Shown: one piece after another, positions 17,813 through 28,086 of the stretch
Layout: every line of letters starts with the position of its first letter
How positions within the stretch are numbered: the first letter of the stretch is position 1
Source of the DNA: an uncultured Alistipes sp.
Lineage (GTDB): Bacteria; Bacteroidota; Bacteroidia; Bacteroidales; Rikenellaceae
DNA length: 64,000 bases
Direction: 5' to 3'
NCBI GenBank assembly: GCA_938014215.1
Contig: CALLRW010000002.1
Location: 8,904-72,903, forward strand
Position numbers and translations under genes: made by a program
Notes under the pieces: generated by a model
The model's input: the letters and a program-made list of their open reading frames with translations, nothing else
Databases searched by the model: none
What the model was told of the DNA's origin: nothing

Positions 17813-20041
17813 ATGAGCGAAATCTACACCTTCATCGTCGGTATTCTGGGAATTCTCGCCATCTCCGGTCTCTTCGTCGGCGTGACGAACGACGCAGTCA
17901 ACTTTCTCAACTCCGCCATCGGTTCTAAAGCCGCCCCCATGCGAATCATCCTCGCCGTGGCCTCGATCGGCATCATCGTCGGCGTCGTCACCTCCAGCGG
18001 CATGATGGAGGTCGCCCGAAGCGGCATGTTCAACCCCGGACTCTTCACCTTCCACGAGGTCATGATGCTCTATCTGGGCGTCATGTTCGCAAACGTCATC
18101 CTGCTCGACCTCTACAACTCCTGGGGACTACCAACGTCGACCACCGTCTCGCTGATCTTCTGTCTGCTGGGGTCGGCCATCGCCGTCTCGATCTACAAGA
18201 TCTCGAACGACCCCGCGCAGGGAATCACCTCCATCGGGCAGTATATCAACACCTCGCGAGCCATGGGTATCGTCTCGGCGATCCTCCTCTCGGTGGTCAT
18301 CGCCTTCACGTGCGGAACCATCATCATGTACATCTCCCGCCTGATCTTCTCGTTCCGGTACACGGCCCTCTTCCACCGCTACGGCTCGCTCTGGTGCGGA
18401 GCCTCGCTCACGGCCATCGTCTACTTCGCCGTCTTCAAGGGGCTGAAATCCATCCTCGCAGGACATGCCTTCATCCAGTGGATCGACGCCCATCTGCTGG
18501 CGGCAATCTTCATCTGCTGGATCGTCTGCTCGCTGGTGCTCTTCTTCATCCAGCGCCTCAAGATCAATATTCTCCGCATTACGATCCTTTCGGGAACCTT
18601 CGCCCTGGCTCTGGCCTTCGCCGGAAACGACCTGGTCAACTTCATCGGTGTCCCCGTCGCCGGTTTCGACGCCTACTCGATCGCACGACACTCGGGTGAC
18701 GCCTCGATGCTCATGGAGCCCCTCAACGAAAACGTCCCGGCCAACTTCCTCATCCTGCTGGCCGCAGGCGTCATGATGATCATCACGCTCTGGACCTCGA
18801 AAAAGGCCATGCACGTCTCCGAAACGGAGATCTCGCTCTCGGCTCAGGGCGATGAGGCCCAACAGGAGCAGTACGGTTCGTCGCTCTTCTCGCGCACGAT
18901 CGTCCGCGCCGCCATCAACATCAATGCCGGCGTCGAACGCGTCATCCCGCCCAAGGTCCGACAGGCCATCTCGCGCCGCTTCGAATACGAAGATGTCGAG
19001 CACAGCGGCGCCCCCTACGACATGATCCGCGCTACGGTCAACCTGACCACCTCGGCCCTGCTGATCGCCATGGCCACGTCGCTCAAACTCCCTCTGTCGA
19101 CCACCTACGTCTGCTTCATGGTAGCCATGGGTTCGTCGCTCGCCGACCGCGCCTGGGGCCGTGAAAGCGCCGTATACCGCATCTCGGGCGTCATGACCGT
19201 CGTCGCCGGATGGTTCATCACCGCGCTGGGCGGGTTCCTCATCGCCCTGGTTGTCGGATTCGCCCTCATCTACGGCGGAACACCCGCCTTCATCGTCATC
19301 ACGATCCTCTGCGGCTGGATGCTCGTCCACAGCAACTTCCTCAAGAAGGACAAACCCAATGCCGCCGAACGTCAGCAGATCAAGACCAACGAGGACATCA
19401 TCACCGACCTGCGCGACGAGGTCTGCTCGACGATGGAGTCCGCCACGAAGATCTATGACCGTACGCTGATCGCCGTCTTCAAGGAGAACCGCAAGGTCCT
19501 GCGCGACATGGTCAAGGAGTCGAACGACCTCTTCTACCACTCGCGCGAACGCAAATACTCGCTGCTCCCCACGCTCAAGAAGCTCCAGGGCGAGGATGTC
19601 AATACGGCCCACTACTACGTGCAGGTGGTCGACTACCTCAACGAGATGACCAAGGCCCTGATGCACATCACCCGCCCGGCCTTCGAACATATCGACAACA
19701 ACCACGAGGGTATGTCGATGGATCAGACCCGCGACCTGATGTCGATCAACGACGATGTCGAGTCGATCTACCGCCGCATCAACCAGATGCTGCGCGAGGG
19801 CGACTTCTCGGAGATCGAGACCGTCCTGACGATGCGCGACCAGCTCTTCGAGTCGATCGCCGACGCCATCAAGTCCGAACTGACCCGCATCAACGAGGCC
19901 AAGTCCAACACCAAGGCCTCGATGCTCTACCTGACGATCCTCACCGAAACGAAGAACATGGTGCTCCAGTCGCGCAACCTGCTCAAGTCGCAGCAGTACT
20001 TCCTCAAGCACCTCTCCGGCCCCAAGAACTGGATCAAATAG
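17813..20041 (+). CDS. inorganic phosphate transporter (PiT/PHO4 family) with a long C-terminal regulatory (PhoU-like) extension
   Basis: PHO4 motifs GVTNDAVNFLNSAIGS and GNDLVNFIGVP; about 740 aa as in Bacteroidales PiT proteins. Confidence 0.8.
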   Translation: MSEIYTFIVGILGILAISGLFVGVTNDAVNFLNSAIGSKAAPMRIILAVASIGIIVGVVTSSGMMEVARSGMFNPGLFTFHEVMMLYLGVMFANVILLDLYNSWGLPTSTTVSLIFCLLGSAIAVSIYKISNDPAQGITSIGQYINTSRAMGIVSAILLSVVIAFTCGTIIMYISRLIFSFRYTALFHRYGSLWCGASLTAIVYFAVFKGLKSILAGHAFIQWIDAHLLAAIFICWIVCSLVLFFIQRLKINILRITILSGTFALALAFAGNDLVNFIGVPVAGFDAYSIARHSGDASMLMEPLNENVPANFLILLAAGVMMIITLWTSKKAMHVSETEISLSAQGDEAQQEQYGSSLFSRTIVRAAININAGVERVIPPKVRQAISRRFEYEDVEHSGAPYDMIRATVNLTTSALLIAMATSLKLPLSTTYVCFMVAMGSSLADRAWGRESAVYRISGVMTVVAGWFITALGGFLIALVVGFALIYGGTPAFIVITILCGWMLVHSNFLKKDKPNAAERQQIKTNEDIITDLRDEVCSTMESATKIYDRTLIAVFKENRKVLRDMVKESNDLFYHSRERKYSLLPTLKKLQGEDVNTAHYYVQVVDYLNEMTKALMHITRPAFEHIDNNHEGMSMDQTRDLMSINDDVESIYRRINQMLREGDFSEIETVLTMRDQLFESIADAIKSELTRINEAKSNTKASMLYLTILTETKNMVLQSRNLLKSQQYFLKHLSGPKNWIK

Positions 20042-20072
20042 CAAAAGCCGCGGCGGTCAAAAAACAACGAAA

Positions 20073-20651
20073 ATGGATATTGCAAAAGCCAAACGGCGGG
20101 AAAACATCGCCGAATACATTCTCTACCTCTGGCAGCTGGAGGATCTGCTGCGGGCCCTGCAGTTCAGCCCCGAGGCCATCTACTCGACGCTGATCGCCCC
20201 GCGAAAGGATATTGCCGAAGATCAGAAGTCCATCTTCCTGATGTGGTACCTCGACCTGGCCACCCTGCTCCAGCAGGAGGGCAAGGAGGAGAAGGGGCAT
20301 CTCGAACATACGCTCCACCTGATTCAGGATCTCCACGACCTGCATCTGCAGCTGTTGAAGCTCCCCGTCGGCGAACACTACCGCCGCACCTATGCCCGGC
20401 TCGAGCCCGAACTGCCGCGTCTGCGGGCCGTCATCGGGAATCCGGGCATGAGCGACACGGAGCTCTGTTTCCGGGCCCTCTACGCCGCCATGCTCTACCG
20501 CATCAAGGGCGAGGGGAACAAGTCCGCCGTGACCGATACGCTGGAGTTCATCTCCCCGGTGATCGCCGAACTGGCCGCCATGTACGGAAAGGTCGAGCGC
20601 GGCGAAATTGACCTCTACAAGAACGCTCCGGAGGCCTCCGACGAAAAATAG
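20073..20651 (+). CDS. hypothetical cytoplasmic protein (DUF4924-like)
   Basis: Clean ORF with genome-typical codon bias; no signal peptide; family assignment is tentative. Confidence 0.55.
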   Translation: MDIAKAKRRENIAEYILYLWQLEDLLRALQFSPEAIYSTLIAPRKDIAEDQKSIFLMWYLDLATLLQQEGKEEKGHLEHTLHLIQDLHDLHLQLLKLPVGEHYRRTYARLEPELPRLRAVIGNPGMSDTELCFRALYAAMLYRIKGEGNKSAVTDTLEFISPVIAELAAMYGKVERGEIDLYKNAPEASDEK

Positions 20652-20823
20652 CTCCCGAGCTGGACGGGAAGCGAGGAAGTGGGTCCTGGAGGCCGCAGGA
20701 TCGAACCTGGGGATGCCGCTGACTGCGGGCAAGGCGGCAGAGGTATCGAAATACAAGGAGGGGGGAGAGAGAGGAAGCGCGCGAAAGAGAGGAGGAAGAG
20801 AGAAAAAAATAAGAGTGAAAAAT

Positions 20824-20860
20824 AAAAAAACGGATCGCCACAAAGGTTGATCCGTTTTTT
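20824..20860. terminator. bidirectional rho-independent terminator
   Basis: AAAAAAA-CGGATC-gccacaaaggtt-GATCCG-TTTTTT. Confidence 0.65.
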
Positions 20861-20879
20861 CATGCAAGAGGCAAGCCCA

Positions 20880-21923
20880 TTACGCCAGATCCAGCCCCAT
20901 GATATAGTCATTCATGTAGAAGCCGCCGCCGATCGGGAAATCCCCCTCGCGCAGGCGCCGCATCCCCATGTGTTCGTAGAAGTGCAGCGCCCGGTTGTGA
21001 CGGTTGACATTGAGTTCCATGCGGCAGGGGCCCGAAGCGTTCCGCCGGACATGCTCCACGGCTTGCTGAAAGAGCCGACGTCCGACGCCAAGACCCTGTG
21101 CCTGCGGCAGGACGTAGATCTTCTGCAGATGGAAAAGCTGCTCCCCCTCCCGTTCCACCGAGACATATCCGCACGGACGGCCGTCGAGCAGCGCCAGGTA
21201 GAAGCAATGCCCCTCGCGGAACTGCCGGCGAAGACTCTCCTCGGAATACATCCACTCCATCATGTAGTCGAGCTGCTCCGGAGTGAGGATCTCGCGATAG
21301 GTGACCGGAAAGGCCACCGCAGCGACCTCGCGGATCTGCGGAATGTCGGCCTCCGTGGCCGGGCGGAGATAAACGCGCTGCAAAGTCAACCATTCATCAC
21401 GCGTCAGGCACAGGATCTCACCCGCTTGCGGCGAACCGCCAGCGAGACCCTGCAACCCGGATTCAGTCCGAAGGTAACGAAAGCCGCACTTTTCCATCAC
21501 GCGTCGCGAAGCAGCGTTACCAACAAAGCAACTGCCCCAGAGAGCCGTCAACTCCAGCTCCTCGAATGCGCGGCGAACCAACCCGCCCAAGGCCTCCGGC
21601 ATCAGTCCACGGCCACGCCACGACGTACCGATCCAATAACCGACCTCGGCTTCGGTCGCTCCGATCCGAAAATGACTCGACGACGGAAAGAGCAGTCCGA
21701 CGCAACCGACAGGCCGCCCCGTCTCCCGCAGCACCACGGCATAGGTTTCAGGGGAAGCAAAGACCGTACGGATCACCTCGGCACTCTCTTCAACACTGCG
21801 GTGAGGTTGCCAACCCGCCGCAGGTCCCACCTGCGGATCCCGCGCTATGGCGTACAGATCGGGCGCATCCTCCGCCCGCCATGGACGAAGCTCCAGCCGT
21901 CGTGTCATCAAGGATTCGATCAT
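20880..21923 (-). CDS. tandem GNAT-domain N-acetyltransferase
   Basis: Two acetyl-CoA binding motifs (WRGRGLMPEAL and LPQAQGLGVGRRL) in a single 347-aa protein. Confidence 0.8.
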   Translation of the reverse strand: MIESLMTRRLELRPWRAEDAPDLYAIARDPQVGPAAGWQPHRSVEESAEVIRTVFASPETYAVVLRETGRPVGCVGLLFPSSSHFRIGATEAEVGYWIGTSWRGRGLMPEALGGLVRRAFEELELTALWGSCFVGNAASRRVMEKCGFRYLRTESGLQGLAGGSPQAGEILCLTRDEWLTLQRVYLRPATEADIPQIREVAAVAFPVTYREILTPEQLDYMMEWMYSEESLRRQFREGHCFYLALLDGRPCGYVSVEREGEQLFHLQKIYVLPQAQGLGVGRRLFQQAVEHVRRNASGPCRMELNVNRHNRALHFYEHMGMRRLREGDFPIGGGFYMNDYIMGLDLA

Positions 21924-22000
21924 GATTGTTCGGATTTAAACAGGCCCAACGAAAGAAGGCCGACTCGAAAAAGCCGGCCTTAAATCTTTCCTGCGAAAAA

Positions 22001-22162
22001 CTAAGCGTACTTGAACGTCGACTCGTCCGATACGGTCAGCTTCTTGCGTCCCTTTGCACGACGCGCAGCCAGCACCTTGCGACCATTGGCCGTAGCCATG
22101 CGAGCACGGAAACCGTGCTTGTTGATACGCTTGCGACGCGAAGGCTGGTAAGTTCTCTTCAT
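22001..22162 (-). CDS. rpmH: 50S ribosomal protein L34 (53 aa; below the ORF-track length cutoff)
   Basis: The reverse complement translates to [53 protein letters not shown]; a -7-like CAAAAGTA (= TACTTTTG on the coding strand) lies at 22212-22219. Confidence 0.85.
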   Translation of the reverse strand: MKRTYQPSRRKRINKHGFRARMATANGRKVLAARRAKGRKKLTVSDESTFKYA

Positions 22163-22389
22163 TGCCATAGCTCTATCTGTTTTTTATTGTTTCAGACATT
22201 TTTACGGATTGCAAAAGTACAACAAAAAACTGATCCACAAAAATTTTTCGCGAAAATATTTCGTCCCGCCGGGGAAAAAGCCCGTTTTTCGATTATCTTT
22301 GTAGTAAAACGGCAGGCTCCGGATCCCCCGACCTTTCACGTCGGCACCCCTTTTGCCTCCGGTTCCGAAAACCCTTAACACTCTTCGAA

Positions 22390-23715
22390 ATGGCTATCTT
22401 CAAGGTCGAAGGCGGTCACCGCCTCCACGGTGCCATAACCCCGCAGGGCGCCAAAAACGAAGCGCTCGAGATCCTCTGCGCCACGCTGCTCACCCCAGAA
22501 CGCGTCGTCGTCAGAAACATCCCCAGGATCCTCGACGTCATGCAGCTCATCGAACTGCTCCGACGCATGGGCGTCATCGTCGAACAGCTCGCCGACGATA
22601 CATACGCCTTCCAGGCCCGCGACATCGACTTCGAATACCTCCACAGCGAAGACTACCGTCAGCGCTGCACCCGCCTGCGCGGTTCGGTGATGATCATCGG
22701 CCCGATGCTCTCCCGGTTCGGCGTCGGGTATATGCCCAAACCCGGCGGCGACAAGATCGGCCGCCGACGGCTCGATACCCACTTCCTCGGATTCCAGAAG
22801 CTCGGCGCCACGTTCAACTTCGACATCGCCGACGAATTCTTCATGGTCGAGGGCCGTCAGCTCAAGGGTACCTACATGCTGCTGGACGAAGCCTCCGTAA
22901 CCGGCACGGCCAACATCATCATGGCCGCCGTTCTGGCCCACGGCACCACGACCATCTACAACGCCGCCTGCGAACCCTACGTGCAGCAGCTCTGCCGCAT
23001 GCTCAACCGCATGGGAGCCCGCATCTCGGGCATCGCCTCGAACCTGCTCACCATCGAAGGGGTCGACTCCCTCGGCGGAACCGAACATACGCTGCTGCCC
23101 GACATGATCGAGGTCGGCAGCTTCATCGGCATGGCCGCCATGAACCGCTCGGAGCTCACCATCCGCAACGTCTCCTACGAGAACCTCGGCATCATCCCCG
23201 CCCAGTTTGCCCGCATGGGCATCCAGTTCGAACAGCGCGGCGACGACATCTACATCCCCGAGCAGGACCACTACAGCATCGAAACCTTCCTCGACGGTTC
23301 GATCATGACCATTGCCGACGCCCCGTGGCCCGGCCTGACGCCCGACCTGCTGTCGATCTTCCTGGTCGTCGCCACCCAGGCCAAGGGAGCCGTGCTGATC
23401 CACCAGAAGATGTTCGAAAGCCGTCTGTTCTTCGTCGACAAACTGATCGACATGGGTGCCCAGATCATCCTCTGCGACCCCCACCGCGCCACGGTCATCG
23501 GCCATGACCACCGGATCTGTCTGCGCGCCACGCGCATGACCTCGCCCGATATCCGTGCCGGCGTCGCCCTGCTGATCGCCGCCATGTCGGCCGACGGCGT
23601 CTCGACGATCCAGAACATCGAGCAGATCGACCGCGGATACAAGGATATCGATGTCCGGCTCAACGCCCTCGGCGCCCGCATCACGCGCATCGACGAGTGC
23701 GAAATCCGCAAATAG
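22390..23715 (+). CDS. murA: UDP-N-acetylglucosamine 1-carboxyvinyltransferase
   Basis: EPSP-synthase-fold MurA motifs ([20 protein letters not shown], active-site region) over the full 441 aa. Confidence 0.9.
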   Translation: MAIFKVEGGHRLHGAITPQGAKNEALEILCATLLTPERVVVRNIPRILDVMQLIELLRRMGVIVEQLADDTYAFQARDIDFEYLHSEDYRQRCTRLRGSVMIIGPMLSRFGVGYMPKPGGDKIGRRRLDTHFLGFQKLGATFNFDIADEFFMVEGRQLKGTYMLLDEASVTGTANIIMAAVLAHGTTTIYNAACEPYVQQLCRMLNRMGARISGIASNLLTIEGVDSLGGTEHTLLPDMIEVGSFIGMAAMNRSELTIRNVSYENLGIIPAQFARMGIQFEQRGDDIYIPEQDHYSIETFLDGSIMTIADAPWPGLTPDLLSIFLVVATQAKGAVLIHQKMFESRLFFVDKLIDMGAQIILCDPHRATVIGHDHRICLRATRMTSPDIRAGVALLIAAMSADGVSTIQNIEQIDRGYKDIDVRLNALGARITRIDECEIRK

Positions 23716-23816
23716 AACCGCAGCCTGCTGCAAAAGTAACCAACCCGTCACCCGGCGGCCGCAGCCGTAAACCGGCCGGCGGCCGGGCCTGTTGTTCCAA
23801 ACCGCAAGAAAAACCT

Positions 23817-24401
23817 ATGTTTCTCGAAAATGCCAGCCGGAAGGGCTGGATCGAAGTGGTCTGCGGATCGATGTTCTCGGGAAAGACCGAGGAGCTCATC
23901 CGCCGGCTCAAACGGGCCCAGTTCGCCCACCAGCGCGTCGAAATCTTCAAACCCCGCATCGACGTCCGTTACTCCGAGGAGGAGGTCGTCTCGCACGACG
24001 CCAACGCCATCCGTTCGACCCCCGTCGAGTCGCCGCAGAACATCCTGCTGATGACCTCCGATGTCGATGTCGTGGGGATCGACGAGGCCCAGTTCTTCGA
24101 CGACAGCATTGTCGACGTCTGCCGGCAGCTGGCCGACAGCGGCGTGCGCGTCATCGTCGCCGGTCTCGACATGGACTACACCGGGAAGCCCTTCGGTCCG
24201 ATGCCGGCCCTGATGGCCACGGCCGAATACGTCACCAAGGTTCATGCCATCTGCGTGAGGTGCGGCAACCTGGCCCACCACTCCCACCGTCTGACCAGTG
24301 ACGACAAGCAGGTGATGCTCGGTGCCCAGGACAGTTACGAACCTATCTGCCGCCACTGCTTCCGCGAACTGCGGATGGCCGAGGAGAAGGGGCAGAAATG
24401 A
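23817..24401 (+). CDS. tdk: thymidine kinase
   Basis: P-loop [12 protein letters not shown]; DEAQFF; C-terminal Zn ribbon CVRCG...CRHC. Confidence 0.9.
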   Translation: MFLENASRKGWIEVVCGSMFSGKTEELIRRLKRAQFAHQRVEIFKPRIDVRYSEEEVVSHDANAIRSTPVESPQNILLMTSDVDVVGIDEAQFFDDSIVDVCRQLADSGVRVIVAGLDMDYTGKPFGPMPALMATAEYVTKVHAICVRCGNLAHHSHRLTSDDKQVMLGAQDSYEPICRHCFRELRMAEEKGQK

Positions 24402-24430
24402 CCGCCGACCGGCTCTGCCCGAACGAAAGA

Positions 24431-24475
24431 GAAAAAGCGGGACGGACTCTTTGAAAAGGGTCCGTCCCGCTTTCG
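24431..24475. terminator. bidirectional rho-independent terminator
   Basis: AAAAA-GCGGGACGGAC-tctttgaaaag-GGTCCGTCCCGC-TTTCG. Confidence 0.65.
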
Positions 24476-24496
24476 TCAACCGATCCGCTTCTGGTA

Positions 24497-25189
24497 TCAG
24501 CGGGCAGCTCGCAGCGCCTCGATGAAGACCGGCCACAATGCCCACAGATTCTCGGTCTGCAGCCACAATTCACGGGCCTGCGCCTGCGCCGAGGGGCGTT
24601 CGCTCTCGATATCGCGCAGGTAGGCCTCGTCGGCCGGATGCTCCGCGGCGGTGAACTCCTCGAACCACGGGGCAAAATGTGTCCGGAAGCGCTTCAGCTC
24701 CCCCTCGGGAAGCTTGCCGTCGCGCCGGTAGGCCGACCACAGCAGCAACAGTTCGCGAGCCGCCGATTTGTCCGAAATATCGTTGATCACCTCGTCGAAG
24801 AGCTCATCCTCGCCCATGGCCAGGTAGTCGAAGGCCAGCAGCTGGCTCCCCTCGAGATGGTCCTCCGGATCGAGCTCCAGCAGCATCTCGAGCAGCGCCG
24901 CCGACATCTCGAAATCGTTGATCAGGAAATGGTCGATGGCCGAGGCCTGGATCAATTCGAGCGCCGCCCGCGAATTACGGTGGTTCCACTCGAGATTCAC
25001 CTCCTCGTCCTCGGGGATAAGCTCCGCAAGGCGCTGAAAAGCCTGAAAACGGGCGTTGCAGGCCCCCTCCACATCCCCCTCACGCTGCATCTGCCGCGTG
25101 CGGGCCAGCACCTTCTCGAAATCATAGGGCCCCTCGCCGATCACCTCGAAGGTCTGATCGGGCGTAGGTTCAAGCATTGCCTTTTGCAT
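24497..25189 (-). CDS. acidic all-helical hypothetical protein, overlapping the 3' end of cstA by 20 nt
   Basis: 230-aa ORF rich in E/D/L/A with genome-typical codon bias; no recognisable motif. Confidence 0.55.
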   Translation of the reverse strand: MQKAMLEPTPDQTFEVIGEGPYDFEKVLARTRQMQREGDVEGACNARFQAFQRLAELIPEDEEVNLEWNHRNSRAALELIQASAIDHFLINDFEMSAALLEMLLELDPEDHLEGSQLLAFDYLAMGEDELFDEVINDISDKSAARELLLLWSAYRRDGKLPEGELKRFRTHFAPWFEEFTAAEHPADEAYLRDIESERPSAQAQARELWLQTENLWALWPVFIEALRAAR

Positions 25190-26600
25190 ATTCGCGTCGT
25201 AATTTGAAAATCATCAATAAAAGTGTTCCCAGCGTCAGCACCCCTCCCAGCACGTAGGCCAGCAGGCGGTTTTCCATCCCGAAAAACTGCCCCGAAACAA
25301 AGAGAAACGAGGCACAGACGTAGGTCATGAAGATCGCCGGCAGCAGCGCCACCCAGACGTTCCACCGATGGCGGACAAGGTAGACGGTGATCGACCACAG
25401 CACGAGCGTGGCCAGCGTCTGGTTCGTCCAGGCAAAATAACGCCACACGATGTCGAAATTGACCGTCGTGATCCAGTATCCCACGACAAAGAGCGGGATG
25501 CAGATGGCAAAACGCTTCCAATAGCTTCGCTGTTCGAGGTGGAGCATGTCGGCAATGATCAGCCGCGCCGAGCGGAAAGCCGTATCCCCCGACGTGATCG
25601 GGGCCGCTACCACTCCGAGCAGGGCCAGAATCCCCCCGACAATCCCCAACATGCCGTTCGACACCGTATCAACCACCCAGGCCGCACTGCCGCTGTGTTG
25701 ACCCAGGGCCGTTGAAAGTTCGCCGGCTCCGCCGAAAAAGGCCATGGCTGCCGCCGCCCAGATCAGGGCAATGATCGATTCGGAGATCATCGCCCCGTAG
25801 AAGACCGAACGGCATTCACGTTCGTTGCCCACGCAGCGGGCCATCAGCGGCGACTGCGTGGCATGGAATCCCGAAATGGCTCCGCAGGCGATCGTGATGC
25901 AGAGCGTCGGGAAGATCGGCAGGCTCTGCGGATCGAGCTGGAAGTTGTGCAGCGTCGTCAGTTCGGGGATTCTCCAGCCTCCGAAAAGCAACGCCCCGAC
26001 CAGCCCCACGGCCATGGCGATCAGCGCCACGCCGAAGAGCGGATAGATCTTGCCGATGATCTTGTCGATCGGCAACAGGGTGGCAATGAAGTAGTAGATC
26101 AGGATGATCCAGACCCACGAAGGAATCGACACCGACGGTGCAAGGCTGTTCAGCAGCTGGGCCGGGCTGAGCACGAATACCGCCCCGACCAGGATCAGCA
26201 GCAGCACCGAAAAGAGACGCATGAACTGACGCATGCCTCCGCCCAGATAGCGGCCGACCACCTCGGGAATGCTCAGTCCGTCGTTGCGCACGAGCATTAC
26301 GCCCGACAGAAAATCGTGCATGGCACCCATGAAGATACCGCCCAGGGTGATCCAGAGAAAGGCCACCGGGCCGAACGAGGCACCGAGAATGGCCCCGAAG
26401 ATCGGGCCCGTACCGGCAATGTTGAGCAGTTGGATCAGGAAGACCCGCCAACGCGGCAGCGACACGTAATCCACACCGTCGTAGAGTCGGTGGCAGGGAG
26501 TCTCGGCCGACGGATCGACCTTGACCAGACGTTCCAGGAAACGTCCATAAGAGAAATAGGCTCCGATCAACAGCGCCAGGCAAACCAGAAAAGTAATCAT
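25170..26600 (-). CDS. cstA: carbon starvation protein A family transporter (CstA/BtsT-like peptide/pyruvate transporter)
   Basis: CstA N-terminal signature LLNIAGTGPIFGAILGA...; multi-TM; start ATG at 26600 (MITFLVCLALL). Confidence 0.8.
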   Translation of the reverse strand: MITFLVCLALLIGAYFSYGRFLERLVKVDPSAETPCHRLYDGVDYVSLPRWRVFLIQLLNIAGTGPIFGAILGASFGPVAFLWITLGGIFMGAMHDFLSGVMLVRNDGLSIPEVVGRYLGGGMRQFMRLFSVLLLILVGAVFVLSPAQLLNSLAPSVSIPSWVWIILIYYFIATLLPIDKIIGKIYPLFGVALIAMAVGLVGALLFGGWRIPELTTLHNFQLDPQSLPIFPTLCITIACGAISGFHATQSPLMARCVGNERECRSVFYGAMISESIIALIWAAAAMAFFGGAGELSTALGQHSGSAAWVVDTVSNGMLGIVGGILALLGVVAAPITSGDTAFRSARLIIADMLHLEQRSYWKRFAICIPLFVVGYWITTVNFDIVWRYFAWTNQTLATLVLWSITVYLVRHRWNVWVALLPAIFMTYVCASFLFVSGQFFGMENRLLAYVLGGVLTLGTLLLMIFKLRREYAKGNA

Positions 26601-26794
26601 AAAACAGCTATCCGGGGTCAGATTTACTGCGAATATAAAAATAAATGCGAAATTTTTCACCATTTTCTTGCATGAAAAAAAATTTTTGCTGATATTTGCA
26701 GTCCCAAAGCGAGAGGTAATCCTCTTACGAAGGGCGGGTGAGGGTCCCCGAAAGGGGCGAGAATCCCGGGGCCGGAAAGCCCGAAACCCTGCAG

Positions 26795-26866
26795 GCCGAA
26801 TTAGCTCAGCGGTAGAGCACTTCACTCGTAATGAAGGGGTCCCGAGTTCAAATCTCGGATTCGGCT
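26795..26866 (+). tRNA. tRNA-Thr (anticodon CGT)
   Basis: Manual cloverleaf: acceptor GCCGAAT/ATTCGGC, D-arm GCTC-AGCGGTA-GAGC, anticodon arm CTTCA-CTCGTAA-TGAAG (anticodon CGT), variable loop GGGTC, T-arm CCGAG-TTCAAAT-CTCGG; no encoded CCA. Confidence 0.85.
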
Positions 26867-26871
26867 CTCAA

Positions 26872-26909
26872 AGAGGAGAGGAGGTATCGAAAGAAGCCTC
26901 CTCTTTTTT
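26872..26909 (+). terminator. rho-independent terminator after the tRNA
   Basis: AGAGGAGAGGAGG-tatcgaaagaag-CCTCCTCT-TTTTT. Confidence 0.6.
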
Positions 26910-26923
26910 CGTATCTGAACCGT

Positions 26924-26949
26924 CTGCCGACGATCGGCAGGCGTTTTTT
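26924..26949 (+). terminator. second, back-up terminator after the tRNA
   Basis: CTGCCG-acga-TCGGCAG followed by gcgTTTTTT. Confidence 0.5.
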
Positions 26950-27125
26950 GTTGCCGGAGAGCGATCCGGACCGCAAAGTCTGCATTCCCGATCCCGAAAA
27001 GATGGAACGAACGGCCGTTCGCCTCAGAGACCGGATGCGACGCGGGCCCCGCCGGTCCGAACAGACAAGCCCTCCTTCCAACGCCGCTTCCGACCGGCCT
27101 CCCGAGACACAAAGCCTTCCCGAGA

Positions 27126-27165
27126 CAAAAAAGAGGCAGCGAGAAGTTCAACTTCCCGCTGCCTC
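27126..27165 (-). terminator. rho-independent terminator of the five-gene lipoprotein operon (minus strand)
   Basis: On the minus strand: GGAGGCAGCG-ggaagttgaacttct-CGCTGCCTC-TTTTTTG. Confidence 0.6.
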
Positions 27166-27185
27166 CATTTACGTGAAAGGGCAAC

Positions 27186-28067
27186 CTACATGGGCATGGA
27201 CGAGATCCGTGCCGAGGTTGTCGATGCCGCGGCGCGGTTCAGACGGATCTCGAACCGGTAGAAGCGGCCCCCTTCCAGCAAAAGCTCGCTGTCGGGAACA
27301 TACAGAAATGTTTCGCCCTCGAGCGCAATCTCGAACAGCGTCTCTCCCGCCGGGAGCGTCTGCGGAACGACAAGCAGCCGCATCGGTTCGGTCGCATTGC
27401 CCGCCACGACAGCTCCGTTGCCGGAGGGGATCATGTCGACAGGCGTGTCGGCCCGGCTAGTCAGACCACTGCCCAGATCGAATTCGCACGAACTCAGCAC
27501 CTGCTTCACCGTAACCGTCGCACCGGCCAGCTCATCCGCCGAGGTAAAGCCTTCGCCGGGCTGCAGCACCACGTCGAGACGCGACATGCGATGGGCAAAG
27601 GTCAAAACCACCGGATCATCCGTCGGCGAGACATTCTGCCGCACGGCACTCATCAGATCGCTGTTCGTATAGTTCCGTCCGACGCTCTGATCCGGCTCCA
27701 CAGTGAAGACAAAGCTCCGTCCCTGGGTGAAATCCTCCCGGTAGGGGTAATAGGCATAGAGATCGACCGCCTGCTCGGGATACTTCACCGTCGACATCTC
27801 GACCCCCTCGGCCGTCTGCGTACAGAGCCCGTTGTTGAAATAGCGCACCCCATCAAGCGACGGTGCTTCGTCCCCCGTACGGTTCAGTACGACCAGTCCG
27901 AACTGATCCCCCTGTTCAAAGGCAAGATCCGTAGCCCGGGTGGCTGCCTCGACACGCGTTGTCAGGCTGAGTGTCGGACGCCCGTCCATCAACGCCTCAT
28001 CTTCCCGGGAACAGCCGGTCGCCAACGCCAGCAGACCGACCCAACATAGTATAAGTCCGTTTTTCAT
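27186..28067 (-). CDS. fimbrillin-like (pilin-fold) surface lipoprotein, short paralog without a FISUMP domain
   Basis: Lipoprotein signal LLALATGCS; conserved LYAYYPY motif; 19 nt downstream of the preceding paralog. Confidence 0.65.
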   Translation of the reverse strand: MKNGLILCWVGLLALATGCSREDEALMDGRPTLSLTTRVEAATRATDLAFEQGDQFGLVVLNRTGDEAPSLDGVRYFNNGLCTQTAEGVEMSTVKYPEQAVDLYAYYPYREDFTQGRSFVFTVEPDQSVGRNYTNSDLMSAVRQNVSPTDDPVVLTFAHRMSRLDVVLQPGEGFTSADELAGATVTVKQVLSSCEFDLGSGLTSRADTPVDMIPSGNGAVVAGNATEPMRLLVVPQTLPAGETLFEIALEGETFLYVPDSELLLEGGRFYRFEIRLNRAAASTTSARISSMPM

Positions 28068-28086
28068 TGTTTTCTCGTTTTTCTGA

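Noticed and set aside
20683-20740. tRNA-like T-arm motif on the minus strand (…CCAGG-TTCGATC-CTGCGGCCTCCA)
   Set aside because: Upstream of it on that strand there is only pyrimidine-rich sequence. There is no D-arm or anticodon arm, and the T-stem has a mismatch. It is not a tRNA gene and at most a chance resemblance. A tRNA-fragment att site cannot be excluded, but there is no integrase nearby.
23730-23800. GC-rich stem (CCCGGCGGCCG…CGGCCGGCGGCCGGG) between murA and tdk as a terminator/attenuator
   Set aside because: The pairing is imperfect and there is no downstream T-run. It is more likely a GC-rich spacer, and tdk is probably co-transcribed with murA or has its own weak promoter.
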